Source of the DNA: the human T2T-CHM13v2.0 reference genome, Homo sapiens
Assembly (NCBI RefSeq): GCF_009914755.1
Contig: NC_060943.1
Length of the DNA: 64,000 nt
Strand: one strand, 5' to 3'
Of this stretch, positions 20,391 to 33,914 are shown piece after piece. The notes under the pieces were generated by a model. That model saw only the letters and a list, made by a program, of their open reading frames with translations. It did no database searches and had not been told where the DNA came from. Each line of letters opens with the position of its first letter. Within the stretch, counting starts at the first letter, position 1. Position numbers and translations under genes: made by a program.

Positions 20391-20689
20391 GCCAGGCATG
20401 GTATCACACACCTGTAGTCCAAGCTCCTCGGGAGGCTGAAGCAGGAGGATCGCTGGAGCCCAGTAGTTCTAGGCTGGAGTATGCTGTTCTGATGCGGTGT
20501 CTTCACTAAACTCAACATCAATATGGTGACCTCCAGGGAGCCAGGGACCACCAGGTTTCCTAAGGACAGGTGTACTGGCCCAGGTCAGAAATGGAGCAGG
20601 TCAGAACTCCCATGCTGATCAGTAATGGACTCGGGTTTGTGAATAGCCACTGCACTCCAGCGTGGGCAACACAGCAAGACCCTGTCTCT
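20391..20689 (+). pseudogene. Full-length 7SL (SRP RNA) retro-pseudogene, RN7SL-type
   Basis: Contains the S-domain absent from Alus (catcaatatggtgacctcc...accaccaggtttcctaagg...ggagcaggtcagaactcccatgctgatcagt...gtgaatagccactgcactcc), followed by an A-tail; CpG-decayed. Confidence 0.92.
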
Positions 20690-20923
20690 TAAAAAACAGA
20701 TGTCATTATACATTAAATTCAAGATAGAAAAAAATAGCTATAAAGGGTATTATTCAGAGAATCGGAGAACATTTGCAGATGACTGTATATTAGATAACAT
20801 CATGGCCAGGTGTGGTGGTGCATGCCTATAATCCAGCACTTTGGGAGGCTGAGGCAGGCAGATCACCTGAGGTCGGGAGTTCGAGACCAGCCTGACCAAC
20901 ATGGAAAAATCCCGTCTCTACTA

Positions 20924-21162
<239 letters not shown>

Positions 21163-22018
21163 CTATTCTTGAGGCACAGAAATGAAAGTTGGACCCAAGG
21201 AGCTGCTTGCCTCTGGGGCTGGCCCTCTGCCCTGCCCTGCCCTGCCCCTGATGGTGCCGCCCTCAACACACGGCACACAGGGACGCCTTGGTGTTTTTAA
21301 CACCTCCGAGGATTCCATTGTCTGGCTGTTCATAGCTCACTGAACCAGCCACTGTTGGAGGGCACTAGGGCGGTGGCCAGCTGTTGCCATTACAGGAAGA
21401 AAATCTAAGTCACGTTTGAAAACGCAAACAGCTCAGGTGCCCCCAGTGCCAGTCACGTGTCCAAGGCGGGACCCAGGAATCTTCACTTTCACTGGCAGCC
21501 CCGTGCGATTTCTTTTCTGTCTTCAATATGCATGATGTGATCTGTCTCACTTCTCTTTTTGCTTTTGAAATCTTCCCAGCTTCCTCCGAAGGAGAGCGAA
21601 TTGTATAACGAATCCCCGTGGACCTGGCGCCAGCCCGTCCACTTTGTAACCCTTTTTTCCTACCTTTTACTTGTGGACCAAGTCAAGTCACTTATGTTGA
21701 GAGCACGCCAGGTTCGGAATCCGGTCGGTTGCTAGCTCGCACTCTCATCTAACTGGCTTCTTCAGCCCTTGCGTTTTGTATGAACTGGTCGTTGGATCGA
21801 AAGCCTCGATCGGAATCAGGATGGGATTTTGATTGTGTTCTTGTTTTGTGTGTTCATTTGGTTGGTTTTTTGGCAAGAATCTATCTAAGTGCCGATGCAG
21901 TCTGTCCCAAGTGTGATAGGAGGCATCATGGAGGTTTGCAGGGAGAGGCGTGGTCCGTCTGTTGCGGGAGAAGCCGGGAGCCTTGCTGACCCCTCTCCTC
22001 CTCCTCCCTCCCTGGCAG

Positions 22019-22154
22019 TGCAAAGAGCCGTCTCACTCTTCTCTCTGAACGACCCGGCCCTGAGCCCGGACATCCCGCCTGCACACAGTCCTGTCCACAG
22101 CCACCTGAGCCTGGAGAGGGGACCCCCGACCCCCAGGACCACCCCTACCATGAG
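22019..22154 (+). CDS. SIPA1L3: SIPA1L3 coding exon: VQRAVSLFSLNDPALSPDIPPAHSPVHSHLSLERGPPTPRTTPTM
   Basis: Pyrimidine tract + ggcag acceptor and GTGAGG donor at 22155; phase-compatible with both neighbours. Confidence 0.94.
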
Positions 22155-22458
22155 GTGAGGTTTCCCTGGGAACACCCGGGTTCATACCAGCGGCAGGCCT
22201 GTGCAGTGGAAGAGGCTTACCCAGAGAGAGGCAGCCATGTGGGTCACCCCCACCACTCTCCGGGCGGAAGCTGATATAGCAGCTACTCCCCCCTCCTAAC
22301 AGACTTGGAAGTCATTACACTGCACCTGTCTGTGCACTGGGGATCCACAGTGACCAAGACAGACTCTGCCCAGTCCCAACAGATCTCCCAGTCCAGCAGA
22401 GACGACACTTGAATCAATACACACACAGTTGTTTCGCTTCCAACTTTGAACACTGCTA

Positions 22459-22813
<355 letters not shown>

Positions 22814-24283
22814 TCAGCCCCATCGCTGCCAATCTCCCGCCTGTCTGCTCCTTCGTCTCCTCCTCTGCAGATTCCTAAACCTCACAGACTTCTGCCTCAC
22901 GCTCACCCTTCCCAGCCTCCCTGCCAGGTGCCGTGCTGGGCTGTCTGAGGACCTAGTGGCAACTGAGGCCAGGCCTGGCCCTCAGGAAGCTTCACGGGGG
23001 AAGGAAGAGGACGGGGACAGATCTCTCACATTTGTCATCTCACGCGTGGCTTCTCACATTCAGCGCAGCATATTTGACTGCACTCACTTGGCAGAAAACA
23101 AAATTAAAAAGAGGCAGAGAGAATGTAAATGGCACATTCTGCCTGTACATGGATTTAAATAGTGCATTTCACACTCGTCTGCACACCTCACGGTTCAGGG
23201 TTCTATATACAACCATCCGTGCACTGTACTTCATGGGCAGTGGGAGCAATTTTTGAGGGTAATTTTGACTTCTTGCTTTTCACACTCTGGCTTCAGAACT
23301 CAACCTCCACCACGAACGTAGGCCCCACTGTAATTACAAGAAATCAGCAGTTCCAGATGGTGCTGCTGGGCTGAGGGGCAGGAGCAGCATGGGCTGTGGG
23401 AAGCAGCGGGACCTGTGGCCCCTGGGCGGCGCTCCTGGAGTCCATTTGCCCCCATCTCCCTCTGCAGCTGCAGATCCCCAAGACTCAGCAGCAAGGTTGT
23501 AGGAAAGGGTGGGCGAGGCAGGAGGGCCAGCCCCCGACCGCCACCGCCTCTGTGCCTGTGCACGCATGGCATCCAGTGGAGCCTCCTTCAGCCCCAACTC
23601 CAAGCAGGAAAGGGCTGCGCGTTCTCTGCAGCGGCCAGGCAGGCCCAGGGCTGGGAGGATCTGCAGAGGGGCAGCTACTGGCCATGGGCCCCTGATTCAA
23701 ATCCTAGCACCAGCACGTGGTAGCCATGCAGCACCTCCAAAGGCCACAGTGGGCAGAGGAGCTCTGTGAGATGAGCCGGGCAGTCTGGGGCTTGTTGCGG
23801 GGTGGCTCTCAGTGATGGCCACGTGGTCAGCATCACTGCCAGGACCATTGTTGGTCCTGCCCACAAGGGCAGGTCCTTTTGACCATCTGTCCATTCTCGT
23901 GCTTCCTGTGCCTGGACCCGCCAGGTGCTCAGCAGGTGTCTGTAGAGTGGGCTCTTTGTATCCTGGAGGTACGAAGAAGGGGTCCTCCCTGAAGTCACAT
24001 GCACGGCCCAGCCTCAGGGAAAACGCACACTTAAGGGTGGGCAGCCACCCTTCCCCTGGCCTGGTGCTCCTAACACCCCGTCCACATCCACAGAGGTGCC
24101 CTTGGTGGGTGGAGTGTGCCGGGTGGAGGGCTGGCTTCCTGCTTCCCCTCAGAGCTTCTCCTCAGGCTTTGCTAGAATGTCAGGGATAAGGGGGCCTGTA
24201 CCCCCAGGCTCCTCAGATGTGGGCCAGAAGCCTTCCCCAGGGGCTTTAGGGCCTCAGGCTGACCTTGTCCCTGGTTTTTCCAG

Positions 24284-24365
24284 CGAGGAGCCACCCCTGG
24301 ATCTGACAGGCAAGGTGTACCAGCTGGAGGTGATGCTGAAACAGCTGCACACTGACCTGCAGAAG
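24284..24365 (+). CDS. SIPA1L3: SIPA1L3 coding exon: SEEPPLDLTGKVYQLEVMLKQLHTDLQK (start of coiled coil)
   Basis: tttttccag acceptor and GTAAGG donor at 24366; heptad Leu pattern. Confidence 0.95.
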
Positions 24366-26254
24366 GTAAGGCCGGGGGCCACGCCCTCTCCATCCCACTT
24401 CCCAGACACTGGGCAGGGCAGTCAGCAGGGATCAGGCACCTGCCCCCGCCATGCAGGACCCACCCCACCCCCACACCTCCTGTGTTTGAGTGTAGTCATG
24501 GGTGAAGAGTAAACAGTGATAACACCCCAGGCTACCAAGCGCTCAGAGAAACTCATCCATTCTTGGGGGGAGAATAATCAGCCCAGGCTTTTCGGAAGGC
24601 AATTGGATAACATTTATCAAAAAAACACAAAAAAATTGTGGCTGGGCGCGGTGGCTCATGCCTGTAATCCCAGCACTTTGGGAGGCCAAGGTGGTGGGTC
24701 ACCTGAGGTCAGGAGTTCGAGACCAGCCTGGTCAACATGGTGAAACCCCATCTCTATTAAAAAGTACAATAATTAGTCGGGTGTGGTGGCGGGTGCCTGT
24801 AATCCCAGGTACTCAGGATGCTGAGGCAAGAGAATCGCTTGAACCCAGGAAGGTGGAGGTTGCAGTGAGCCGAGATCATGCCACTGGGCTCCAGCCTGGG
24901 CAACAGAGCGAGACTCCATCTCAAAAAAAAAGAAAAAAAAATGTTGATCCAGTAATTCCACTTGTGGGAATTTATCCGTGACAGCATGGGTACAAAGAGA
25001 TTGTGAACAAGGACGTTCGTTGCCACACTATTGGCAATAAAAAATTGGAGCCAGCGTGGCTGTCACTCAACATGAGAATGGCTGTGTAAATTATAGGGTG
25101 TCCATGCAGCGGAACAGCTTGCAGCCAATTAAAGTAATAACAAATCTATATATTTACTAACACGCAAAAGAAGTCCAGTAACTTACATAAAAACCAAAGC
25201 GAGCTGCAGCAGTGTTGTCTAGAATATCACCATACTTATTTATTTATTGTTTAACCACCATGGTTGAGAGGGCCATCTAGAAGGTGACAGTCAATTTGTT
25301 CTTTGGACTTGTCTCCATGGGGCGGAAGGATGAGGAGGAGACTGGCTGGGTACGTTGGCTCACACCTGTAATCCCAGCACTTTGGGAGGCCGAGGTGGGT
25401 GAGGTCAGGAGTTCAAGACCAGCCTGGCCAATATGGTGAAACCCCGTCTCTACTAAAAATACAAAATTAGCCGGGTGTGGTGGTGCACGCCTGTAATCCC
25501 AGCTACTTGGGAAGCTGGGGAGGAGAATTGCTTGAACCCAGGAGGCGGAGATTGCAGTGAGCCGAGATCATGCCTCTGCACTCCAGCTTGGGCGACAAGA
25601 GCAAAACCCAGTCTCAAAAAAAAAAAAAAAAAAATGAGGAGGAGACTTTTATCTATTGTTTCTATACTTCTGGGTAAAAGCCAGAAAGGTGGCAGAGTAT
25701 ATAATGCGTAAGTCTTCGAGCCGTGGAATCAAAGGGGCCCAGGTTCTGACCCCCGCCCCACTGCATAATGCTGCGCAACCTGAAACAGGTCCCTGCCTTT
25801 CGGGGGCTACGTCCTCCTGGAAGAAGGGGGTCTGCTCAGGCCACCCTGCATCCATGTCCCAGCTCCCCACTTGCTGTGTGAGGCTGGGGTCCTCTTCCAG
25901 GAAACTAGGGACAGCGACAGTCCCCAAGTCCTCGGGTAGTGTGAAGGTGGGATGCGGTGACAATAGTGATGTTTGTCAAGCGATGACTCCACATGTGGTT
26001 GCGTTCCGGGAGCTCTACATAGATGAGCTCCAGACACCCCTCAGCCTCCTGGTAGAGTTGCGGGAACCAAGTGACTTGCCCAGGGTCCCTCGGTTGTGGA
26101 GAGGCAGAGTGGGATGTGTGCCCCGGCCTGGCCTGGCTCTAGTGGTTGGCTCCAAAGCACAGCCGGGCCAGGGCTCACAGGCCTCAGGGAGCCATCGGCT
26201 GTTCCAGGAGCGGCCAAGCCCACCCGCCTGACGCCAGCTTCCCACCCTGTGCAG

Positions 26255-26398
26255 GAGAAGCAGGACAAGGTGGTGCTCCAGTCAGAGGTGGCCAGCCTGC
26301 GGCAGAACAACCAGCGGCTGCAGGAGGAGTCGCAGGCCGCCAGCGAGCAGCTGCGCAAGTTTGCGGAGATCTTCTGCAGGGAGAAGAAGGAGCTCTGA
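26255..26398 (+). CDS. SIPA1L3: SIPA1L3 last coding exon: EKQDKVVLQSEVASLRQNNQRLQEESQAASEQLRKFAEIFCREKKEL*
   Basis: gtgcag acceptor; coiled-coil C-terminus; TGA at 26396-26398. Confidence 0.96.
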   Translation, partial: EKQDKVVLQSEVASLRQNNQRLQEESQAASEQLRKFAEIFCREKKEL

Positions 26399-27583
26399 GG
26401 TGGGAGGCCGCCGCCCGCCTTCGCTCCTTCCCCTCAGGCCGTGGCCCTGCTGCCTCTCTCCCTCCACTCAGCTCCCAGCTGCCGGTGTGACCAAGATGAC
26501 CCATCCAGGGCCCTCCCCATGGACACGGAAACTCCGATGGCCTCACTAGGGCTGTGAGTCAGGGTCAGCGCGCACAGCCCTCATGCCCCAGAGGGCGAAG
26601 TGGTCTCAGGCCTCCCTCCAAGCTGCCCAGCTGTGGTCCCGGTGAGCTGGGCTGTGCTTACACCGCTCCCGGGCCTGCCCCGCTGTCCCCATCTAGCCTC
26701 TTCCTGGGACCAGCCCTTCGAAGCTGATGGGGACGGAGAGAGGAGCCAGTCTCCAGACGCCTCGGCTCCAGGAGGTCACACAGCAGGTTTCTGCACCACG
26801 CACAACAAAGTTGCGGCTTGTGGGGCCGAGGCCCCTGCATGAAAAGTACAGCGTGAAAGCAACCCTTTCTTCCCCACACCCAGAGAGGTGAGGCCCGCGT
26901 GGACACAGACCAGGGCGCCTCGGTCCCTAGCACGTGAGCTCCAAAAAGCACGAACATGATCCCCTCCCTAACCCCCTCCTCCCAAAAAGCAGCCAGGAGC
27001 ACTTTCTTAGAGTTTAAATTATTTTCTTGGGGGCCTGAGGATAGAGAGAGGCAAGGCTAGCCTCCAGAGCCGATTTATTTGAGAGAGAAACTCTATTTGG
27101 ATCTCCAGGACGGTTTATACGATCTTTTTCTATCAGCTCCTCTTCCGCCAGAGGCCACTGCACCTGGGCTAGGGGTCCACAGGCCCCTCCACCTTCCAGC
27201 TAACCAGGCCAGGCCGGGGCGGTGGAGCCACCACACAGCCGACTCTCTCCTCCTCCTCCCGGCACGACCTGGCCCTGACCAGCAGCCTCGGCCTCTTCTG
27301 GGTTCCAGGAGGGGCTCCCGAAGCCCTCAGGACAGGGCTGGAGGAGAACAGCCTTCATCTCCTCCTCTGGTTTTTTTTTCCTTTGCAAGTCTCCCAGCCC
27401 ATCTCTCCGAGCAGCGGCCACCAGACCCCCTCACCATGCTCCCCGGGGAGCACTGCACCCCGCGAACCCCACTGGACGCTGGTTCTCTAAAGGCAATAAG
27501 GGGCGGCCATGCCGGTGTGGTACCACGCTGTTCCTCCAGGAAACCGTTTCTTTTTTTCCTTCTTTAAAAGCAAACAGAAAAAG

Positions 27584-27607
27584 ATATATATATATATATA
27601 TATATAT
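27584..27607 (+). repeat. (TA)n microsatellite in the SIPA1L3 3'UTR
   Basis: Visible AT dinucleotide run. Confidence 0.9.
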
Positions 27608-28508
27608 TTATTTTTTCATGTAGAGTTGGCGCCAGAACAAGCCTGTATGGCCACAGTCTGTGGATTCATCCCCCCAACCTCAAGCTGAGGACCAAGGCGT
27701 GTCCCCTGTGGGCTGGGGGTCAGTGGGAGGACCAGAGGGATGAAGTCAGGGCAGGCCGGTGCCCTTTTTGGGAGGCACCAGGCGGGGAGGAGTTGGCGGA
27801 GCAGGTCTGGCTGTGAGCCAGCACCAGGCAACCCGGCCCTTGTCCAGGGACCTCTGCTGCCTTCTCTCTGGGGTCAGGAACCTCAGAGGAGGGGGCTCTG
27901 GGGACTGCATAGGACGCAGGCACTCGGAGGTGCCGGTGTGGATGGGTGGGGGTGAGAGAAGAGGGTTCTTATCGCGTCTCCTGTGATCAGCCTCTGGCCC
28001 CCTGGAGGAGGAAACCTCAGCGCTGCCCCTGCCCCCACCCTCACCCCCAACACCAAGAGTGAGGTGGGCGTGCCCCAGGCAGCGTCCTCAGCCCTGGCCA
28101 GCTACTGTGATGCCATCTTCTCCCCCATCCCCTTCTCTGGGGGGCCCACCCGTCCCCCACCCCCACCCCTTAGACCCTCATCGGGTCCCTTTTTTTTTTT
28201 TTTTTTCAGTTGTCTCCTCCCATCTTCAGATCATTCGAATCATTTTGGGGACTTAATCATGTACATGGACAAGTGTAAATTATGATTTTTGGTTTTGTTT
28301 TCTGTTATTTTTTAAGGATTTCTGCAAAAACAGATCTATTTAATTTGAGGTTGATGTTCTATCCAATGGCCGAAGATAGCAGCAGGTTTTTTTTTTCATA
28401 TGTTGATTTGTTTCATTTGGATTTTTTTTTTATTATTCTTTATTGTCTTTTTTTTTTCCCCATCCCTGTCTTGAGATTTTCTGGCATGTTTCTGGAGGTT
28501 TCAAAGGA

Positions 28509-28514
28509 AATAAA
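28509..28514 (+). terminator. SIPA1L3: SIPA1L3 polyadenylation signal AATAAA
   Basis: AATAAA with U-rich upstream sequence and a GU-rich downstream element (cttgtgtgtt, ~28531-28540). Confidence 0.8.
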
Positions 28515-28861
28515 TGTTTCATAGAAATGGCTTGTGTGTTCACTTTTGGGGCAGCTGCCTGGAGTTGCTGACCAGAGGGTGTGGTCCAGCATCGGCCCCT
28601 CCTCCTGCTCCTGTCCCCAAATCCCCCACACCATGACCACCACACACATGTCCTAAGAACCAGGGGCACCTGCCTTGCTAACTTCTTTTCCTTGGAATCC
28701 AAAGGACAGAAATCCAACACTCAGAATGTGAAATGTCCTTAAGTTCAAAAGAGTGAGATTCTGCCTCAGAGGTCATATACTGGAGGCCTGAAGGCCAGCC
28801 CCAGCCCAGAGGGTTGTGTTGGGTCTTAGAAATAGTGGCCAACTTTTAATCTGGACATTCA

Positions 28862-29300
<439 letters not shown>

Positions 29301-31169
29301 TATTGCACATGAGGAAGGCCAGGTTTCCAGCTTGGTTGATCTGTCCTTTGCTGCAAGACTCACAAGGGGCCCCTGCCTCCTTTGGCCCTGGCCACATGGC
29401 TGCATTTGGGACACTCTTCCCCCTTCTGTCTGTAGAGGTGGGAGCAGACCCCTGCTGCCACTTGCCAAGTGAATGCTTTGGGGGTAGAAAGCAGCCCCTG
29501 ATCGCCCCAGATCTGCATCTGGCCTGGTGAACATTTGCATTTTGGGAACCCGGATCAAACTGGTTTCTGAATCAGGAAATTCCTCCTGAAAATCCCGAAG
29601 TCCAGCCCCTTGAGGGAAGCCTAGCCTCCTGACGGGGCTGGCCAGGTGGGGTCTTTCTGCCTCCCTTACCCATGTACCTGTCGTGGAGTTTCACATCTCT
29701 GAGCTAAAACCCAGTGCTTCTCTGACTCAGACCCTGCCCCCTCCAAAAAATGTCTTTTTCCAAAAGGCGTGGGGCTGGCATCCGGAGGAGCAGGACCAGC
29801 CATTCCCACATCTCCTAAAAATTCTGGAGTTCTAGACACCCTCCCTGTCTCCGCCCTCCTCCTCCTCGAGGCCCCGTCCTCAACCCGCACTGCCCTCCCC
29901 CCGCCACCGGGCGAAGGGGGCGGGAAGCCTGGGAACAGGCTGTTCTCACATCCTCTCCTGGCGCCGGAGCCACGCCAGCTGCTTCCAGCACCCCACAACT
30001 CGCGCGCACGCCAGCCCCTGGTCGCGCCCAAACTGTGCTTTGAGGCCCGGCCCTTCCCTTCGTGTCCCAGTTTCCAGCTTCCTCTGCCCGTCTCGGACAT
30101 CCCTGTCTCTCCTCCCCAATCTTTCTGGGTCCCTCATACCTCCGGCTCTCTCTGCAGATTGTTCTGCTGTTCCCCTAAAGTCTGTCTCCTTCTCTCCCCT
30201 GCCGCCCGCGTCTCTCCCCATCTCTGCCTGTTGTCCTGGGACTTTGCCTGCCCCTGATCCCAAGTCTCTCTCTCTCCACCCGCAATGTGGCTCCCTCTCA
30301 CTCTTCCCTCTCCTGATAGATGTTACCTCCTTCTCTGCCTCCCCTCTTGGAGGACCTCTCCCTAAATCTGCTGCTGCTCTTCCCCAATCACCGTCCTCCT
30401 TCTCCTCCTCCCGTCTCTCCCAGCATGTCAGCTATTTTTTATTAGTTATTCCCTCTCTGCCCTTAAACCTCCTTCTCACCCCTGCTCCCTTCCTCTCTCC
30501 TGGTCCTTCCTCCTGTCTCTCTCCCTTCTGCACCCTCTTGCTCTTTTTTCTGATTCTCTCAATAACTGTGTGACTGTCCTCGTCTCTTTCTCTCTCCTGA
30601 TCTGTGTCCTAGTTCCCTCACTCCTCACTCCCGCCCCCCACCCGTCGCCCACATCTCAGTCTCTCTCCCAGTGCCCGTGTCTAGATACCCTCCTGCCCTC
30701 CCTTAGCGCCTCTCTTTCCACCTTATCGCCACCGCTGATTTGCCCCACATCCAGGACACGGAGCCCCCTGGAGATGTCTGGGTCTGGGATGACACCTCCT
30801 GACACCCCCGTTCCCCACCCCAGCCTCAGGAGGGGCCAACCCACCGTCCTCTTCCCAGCCCTTCCCTTCCCCCGGCCCGGCTCCCGCCTCCCTCCCGGCT
30901 GCGCCCGCTGCAGCTGCAGCAGCCCGTTGCCAGGGCAACCACAGCTGGCTGGGCGGGAGCCCCTCCACCCCATCCCCCTTCTCCTCCTTTCTGGCAAAGC
31001 AGGGCGGAGCTGGGACAAAGCCGGGGAGAGGCAGGGTGCAGGCAGGGGAAGAAGGAGGTGGATGGAGGTAGGGGCTGGCTGGTCGCCTCACCCCCAACAA
31101 GGCCCGTCGACCCCCGGTCCTCCTTCTTGGTGATGCCCCAAACCAGACGGGAGAACGAGGCAGTCGTGG

Positions 31170-32220
31170 GCAGAGGGGTCAGGCCCAGTTTAATACACAG
31201 AACAAGTTAATTCACAGCAGAGGCAGGCAATAGAGGAGACTCGGTGACAAGTGAGGGGGCACTCCTGGATTAGGGGACATCCCCCCAAAACCCACCACCT
31301 CCCCCACCTGCAGTCTCAGTTTCCCTTTTTTAAAACCCGAACAACAAACACACACAACCACAAGAAACAACCACGCCCCCTCACTCCCCCAAAATGGCCA
31401 GCGAGGGGGGCGGGGGCCGCCAGGCCTGGCGGGGCGGGAGGAGGGAGAGAAAAGGAGTCCGTGGCGGAGTCTGTGCTTCTCATTCCAGCAGGCGCTGGGC
31501 GGGGGCCCACCCGGCCCCACCACCGCCACCCACCAGCCACGGCAGGCACGGGGCGGGCACAGGCTGGGGCGGTCGGGGAGGGGCAGGAACAGAGTTCAAA
31601 ACCAAGGTTCACATCATGCAGTATCCACCGTGGGCACCAGGAGGGGCGGGTGGACACCACGCCCACCGCCCTGGGCACAAGAGGGGAAGGCGCCCACCTT
31701 GGGTGGGGCGCGGGACGGCTGCAGCTCCAGAAATTGGGGTTGGGGCGCCCGGCGGGGGGCCGGCAGAGGCGGGTGCCCGGTGGACACTCTCAGCAGCGCC
31801 CCTCCACCCAGCCAGGCCTTGGAGGACTCTTTGTATATATTAACTTCTTTTCTTTTCTTCTTTTTTTTTTTTTTAACTTTTTGTCTTTTTCTTTAGAAAA
31901 AGGCTCTGTCCATGCCCCTGGCTGGCACCCACCACCCCCCATGCCCGCCCAGAGGCGGGGTATGGCTTTGAGGGGAGAAGCCCCTGGTGTCCATTTGCCA
32001 AGGGACAGAGAGGGAGGGAGGGAGGGAGAGGCCCTGGCCGGGCCCACCCACCCACAGGGCAGACATTCCACTTGCACAGAGGGGAGGGGGTGGCCCAGCC
32101 CCCTCTCGGCTTCCCCCTCTCCCCCTCCCCCTGCGGGATGTTCAGGGTGGGGGAGAATTGAGGAGCTCGGAGAGGCAGGTAGGCGAGCACCACCCCAGAG
32201 TCGCGGCGAGCCGAGCCGGC
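31170..32220 (-). other. DPF1: DPF1 3'UTR (~1.05 kb)
   Basis: Lies between TAG at 32221 and ATTAAA at 31189; contains TGCATG at 31615-31620 and an internal A-rich tract at ~31845-31890. Confidence 0.75.
31189..31194 (-). terminator. DPF1: DPF1 polyadenylation signal ATTAAA
   Basis: tttaat on + reads ATTAAA on -, within TGTGTATTAAA; ~1 kb after the DPF1 stop. Confidence 0.7.
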
Positions 32221-32291
32221 CTAGGTGAGGGTGATGTAAGCAGAAGCCTTTTCCTTCAGGTGCCGGAGACAGAGGTGACAGCTCCAGCTCC
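32221..32291 (-). CDS. DPF1: DPF1 last coding exon: (G)[22 protein letters not shown]
   Basis: cgcag acceptor; end of PHD2 (W.C..C); TAG at 32223-32221. Confidence 0.96.
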
Positions 32292-32437
32292 CTGCGGGGG
32301 CAGCCGAAGCTGAAGTCAGGCCCGGGTCCGGGAGGGCTGCCCCAGCCCCTTCCCACCCCGAGGACACACAGTCTTCCACAACCAGGAGATGGCGTTCCCA
32401 CCCACCCGCCCCATGGGATGCCCACCTCTCCTCTCAC

Positions 32438-32549
32438 CTTCCGGGGGCTCCGCCATGGGGGGACTCAGGCAGTACATGTGGTAACCCCGATCGCAGTCAT
32501 CACAAAACAGCAGCTGGTCCTGGGGGGTGAGACCCGCCCAGCTGGCACC
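32438..32549 (-). CDS. DPF1: DPF1 exon 11, PHD2: [[10 protein letters not shown]][27 protein letters not shown]; alternative acceptors at 32549 and 32519
   Basis: Two ccccag acceptors 30 nt apart, both in frame; GTGAGA donor. Confidence 0.95.
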
Positions 32550-33107
32550 CTGGGGGCACGGGCACCAGAAACGGGGGTGGGGGGCTGGGGCAGGGGCTAG
32601 GTCAAGGGGGCTGGGGGAGGTGAGGCCTTCCGAGAAAGGTTCTGAGAAGGTCTTTGCAGCAGGAAATGTGTGCGCAACACTGCTTAGCCAAACACATATC
32701 CCTCAGGACAGTCCCTTTGCGATTTATAGTGGGGGTTTTATAAGGCTCTGTGGAAGGCTTATTATTATTATTATTTTATATTTTTAGAGACAGGGTCCTA
32801 CCCTGTTGCCCAGGCTGGAAGTGCGGTGGTGCAGTCACAGCTCACTGCAGCCTCACACTCCTTGGGGCTCAAGTGATTCTCCTGCCTCAGTCTCCTGAGC
32901 TGGGACTACAGGTGTGCGCCACCATGCACGACTTTTTTTTTTTTTTTTTTTTTTTTGAGACGGGAGTCTCACTATGTTGCCCAGGCTGGTCTGGTCTAGA
33001 ACTCCTGGGCTCAAAATTCCTCAGCCTCCCAAAGTGCTGGGATTACACAGGTGGGCCACCGCTCCCGGTCTGTGGGAAGTTTAAATGACACCAAGATGAT
33101 CTGATAG

Positions 33108-33314
<207 letters not shown>

Positions 33315-33801
33315 TAGAGATGGGGTTTCACCACGTTGGCCAGGCTGGTCTCAAACTCCTGATCTCAGGTGGTCCACCCACCTCAGCCTCCCAGAGTGCT
33401 GGGATTCCAGGCGTGAGCCACCGCGCTCCGCCTGTGGAAGGCTTTAAACAACCCTAAGATGATCTGATACCAGCTCTGCCAGCAGTGGTCATGGCTTTAA
33501 ATCTCAGCTCTGCCATTTCCCTAGCTGGCTGACCCTGGGCAGGTCTCTTTCCCTCTCTGAGCTCAGTTTCTTCCCTGTGAAGTGGAAACAAGACCACCTG
33601 CTTCAGAGGGTGGTTGGGAGGATCCAGAGAGATGAAGAGGAAAAAGGGCCAGGTTCGATTTATGGACACCGGCATAATGATAACACAGGGGACTGGTGTT
33701 CACCAGGGAAGGCTCAGGCACAGGCTTTAGGCTTAAGGGGCAGAGGTGGACGTGCCAGGCGGGGCGGGCAGCAGGGCACGCGGGGGGCGGGCGGCACTCA
33801 C

Positions 33802-33914
33802 GTCGTTCTCGGAGGTTCCGCACAGGCTGCAGGATTTGCACTCGATGCACTGCCAGCGGTAGGTCCGCACGGCTGCCGTCATGTTCACCGTGAATTGTAA
33901 ACACGAGGGGTGTC
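33802..33914 (-). CDS. DPF1: DPF1 exon 10: [37 protein letters not shown]
   Basis: ccccag acceptor and GTGAGT donor; signature of the d4-family double PHD. Confidence 0.96.

Larger units (their letters stand above)
26399..28535 (+). other. SIPA1L3: SIPA1L3 3'UTR (~2.1 kb, Alu-free)
   Basis: Follows the stop codon; U-rich distal part leading to AATAAA; end position approximate. Confidence 0.8.

Noticed and set aside
31251-32228. 325-aa ORF antisense to the DPF1 3'UTR
   Set aside because: Non-ATG start, GC-rich low complexity, runs through a poly-T tract; no domain.
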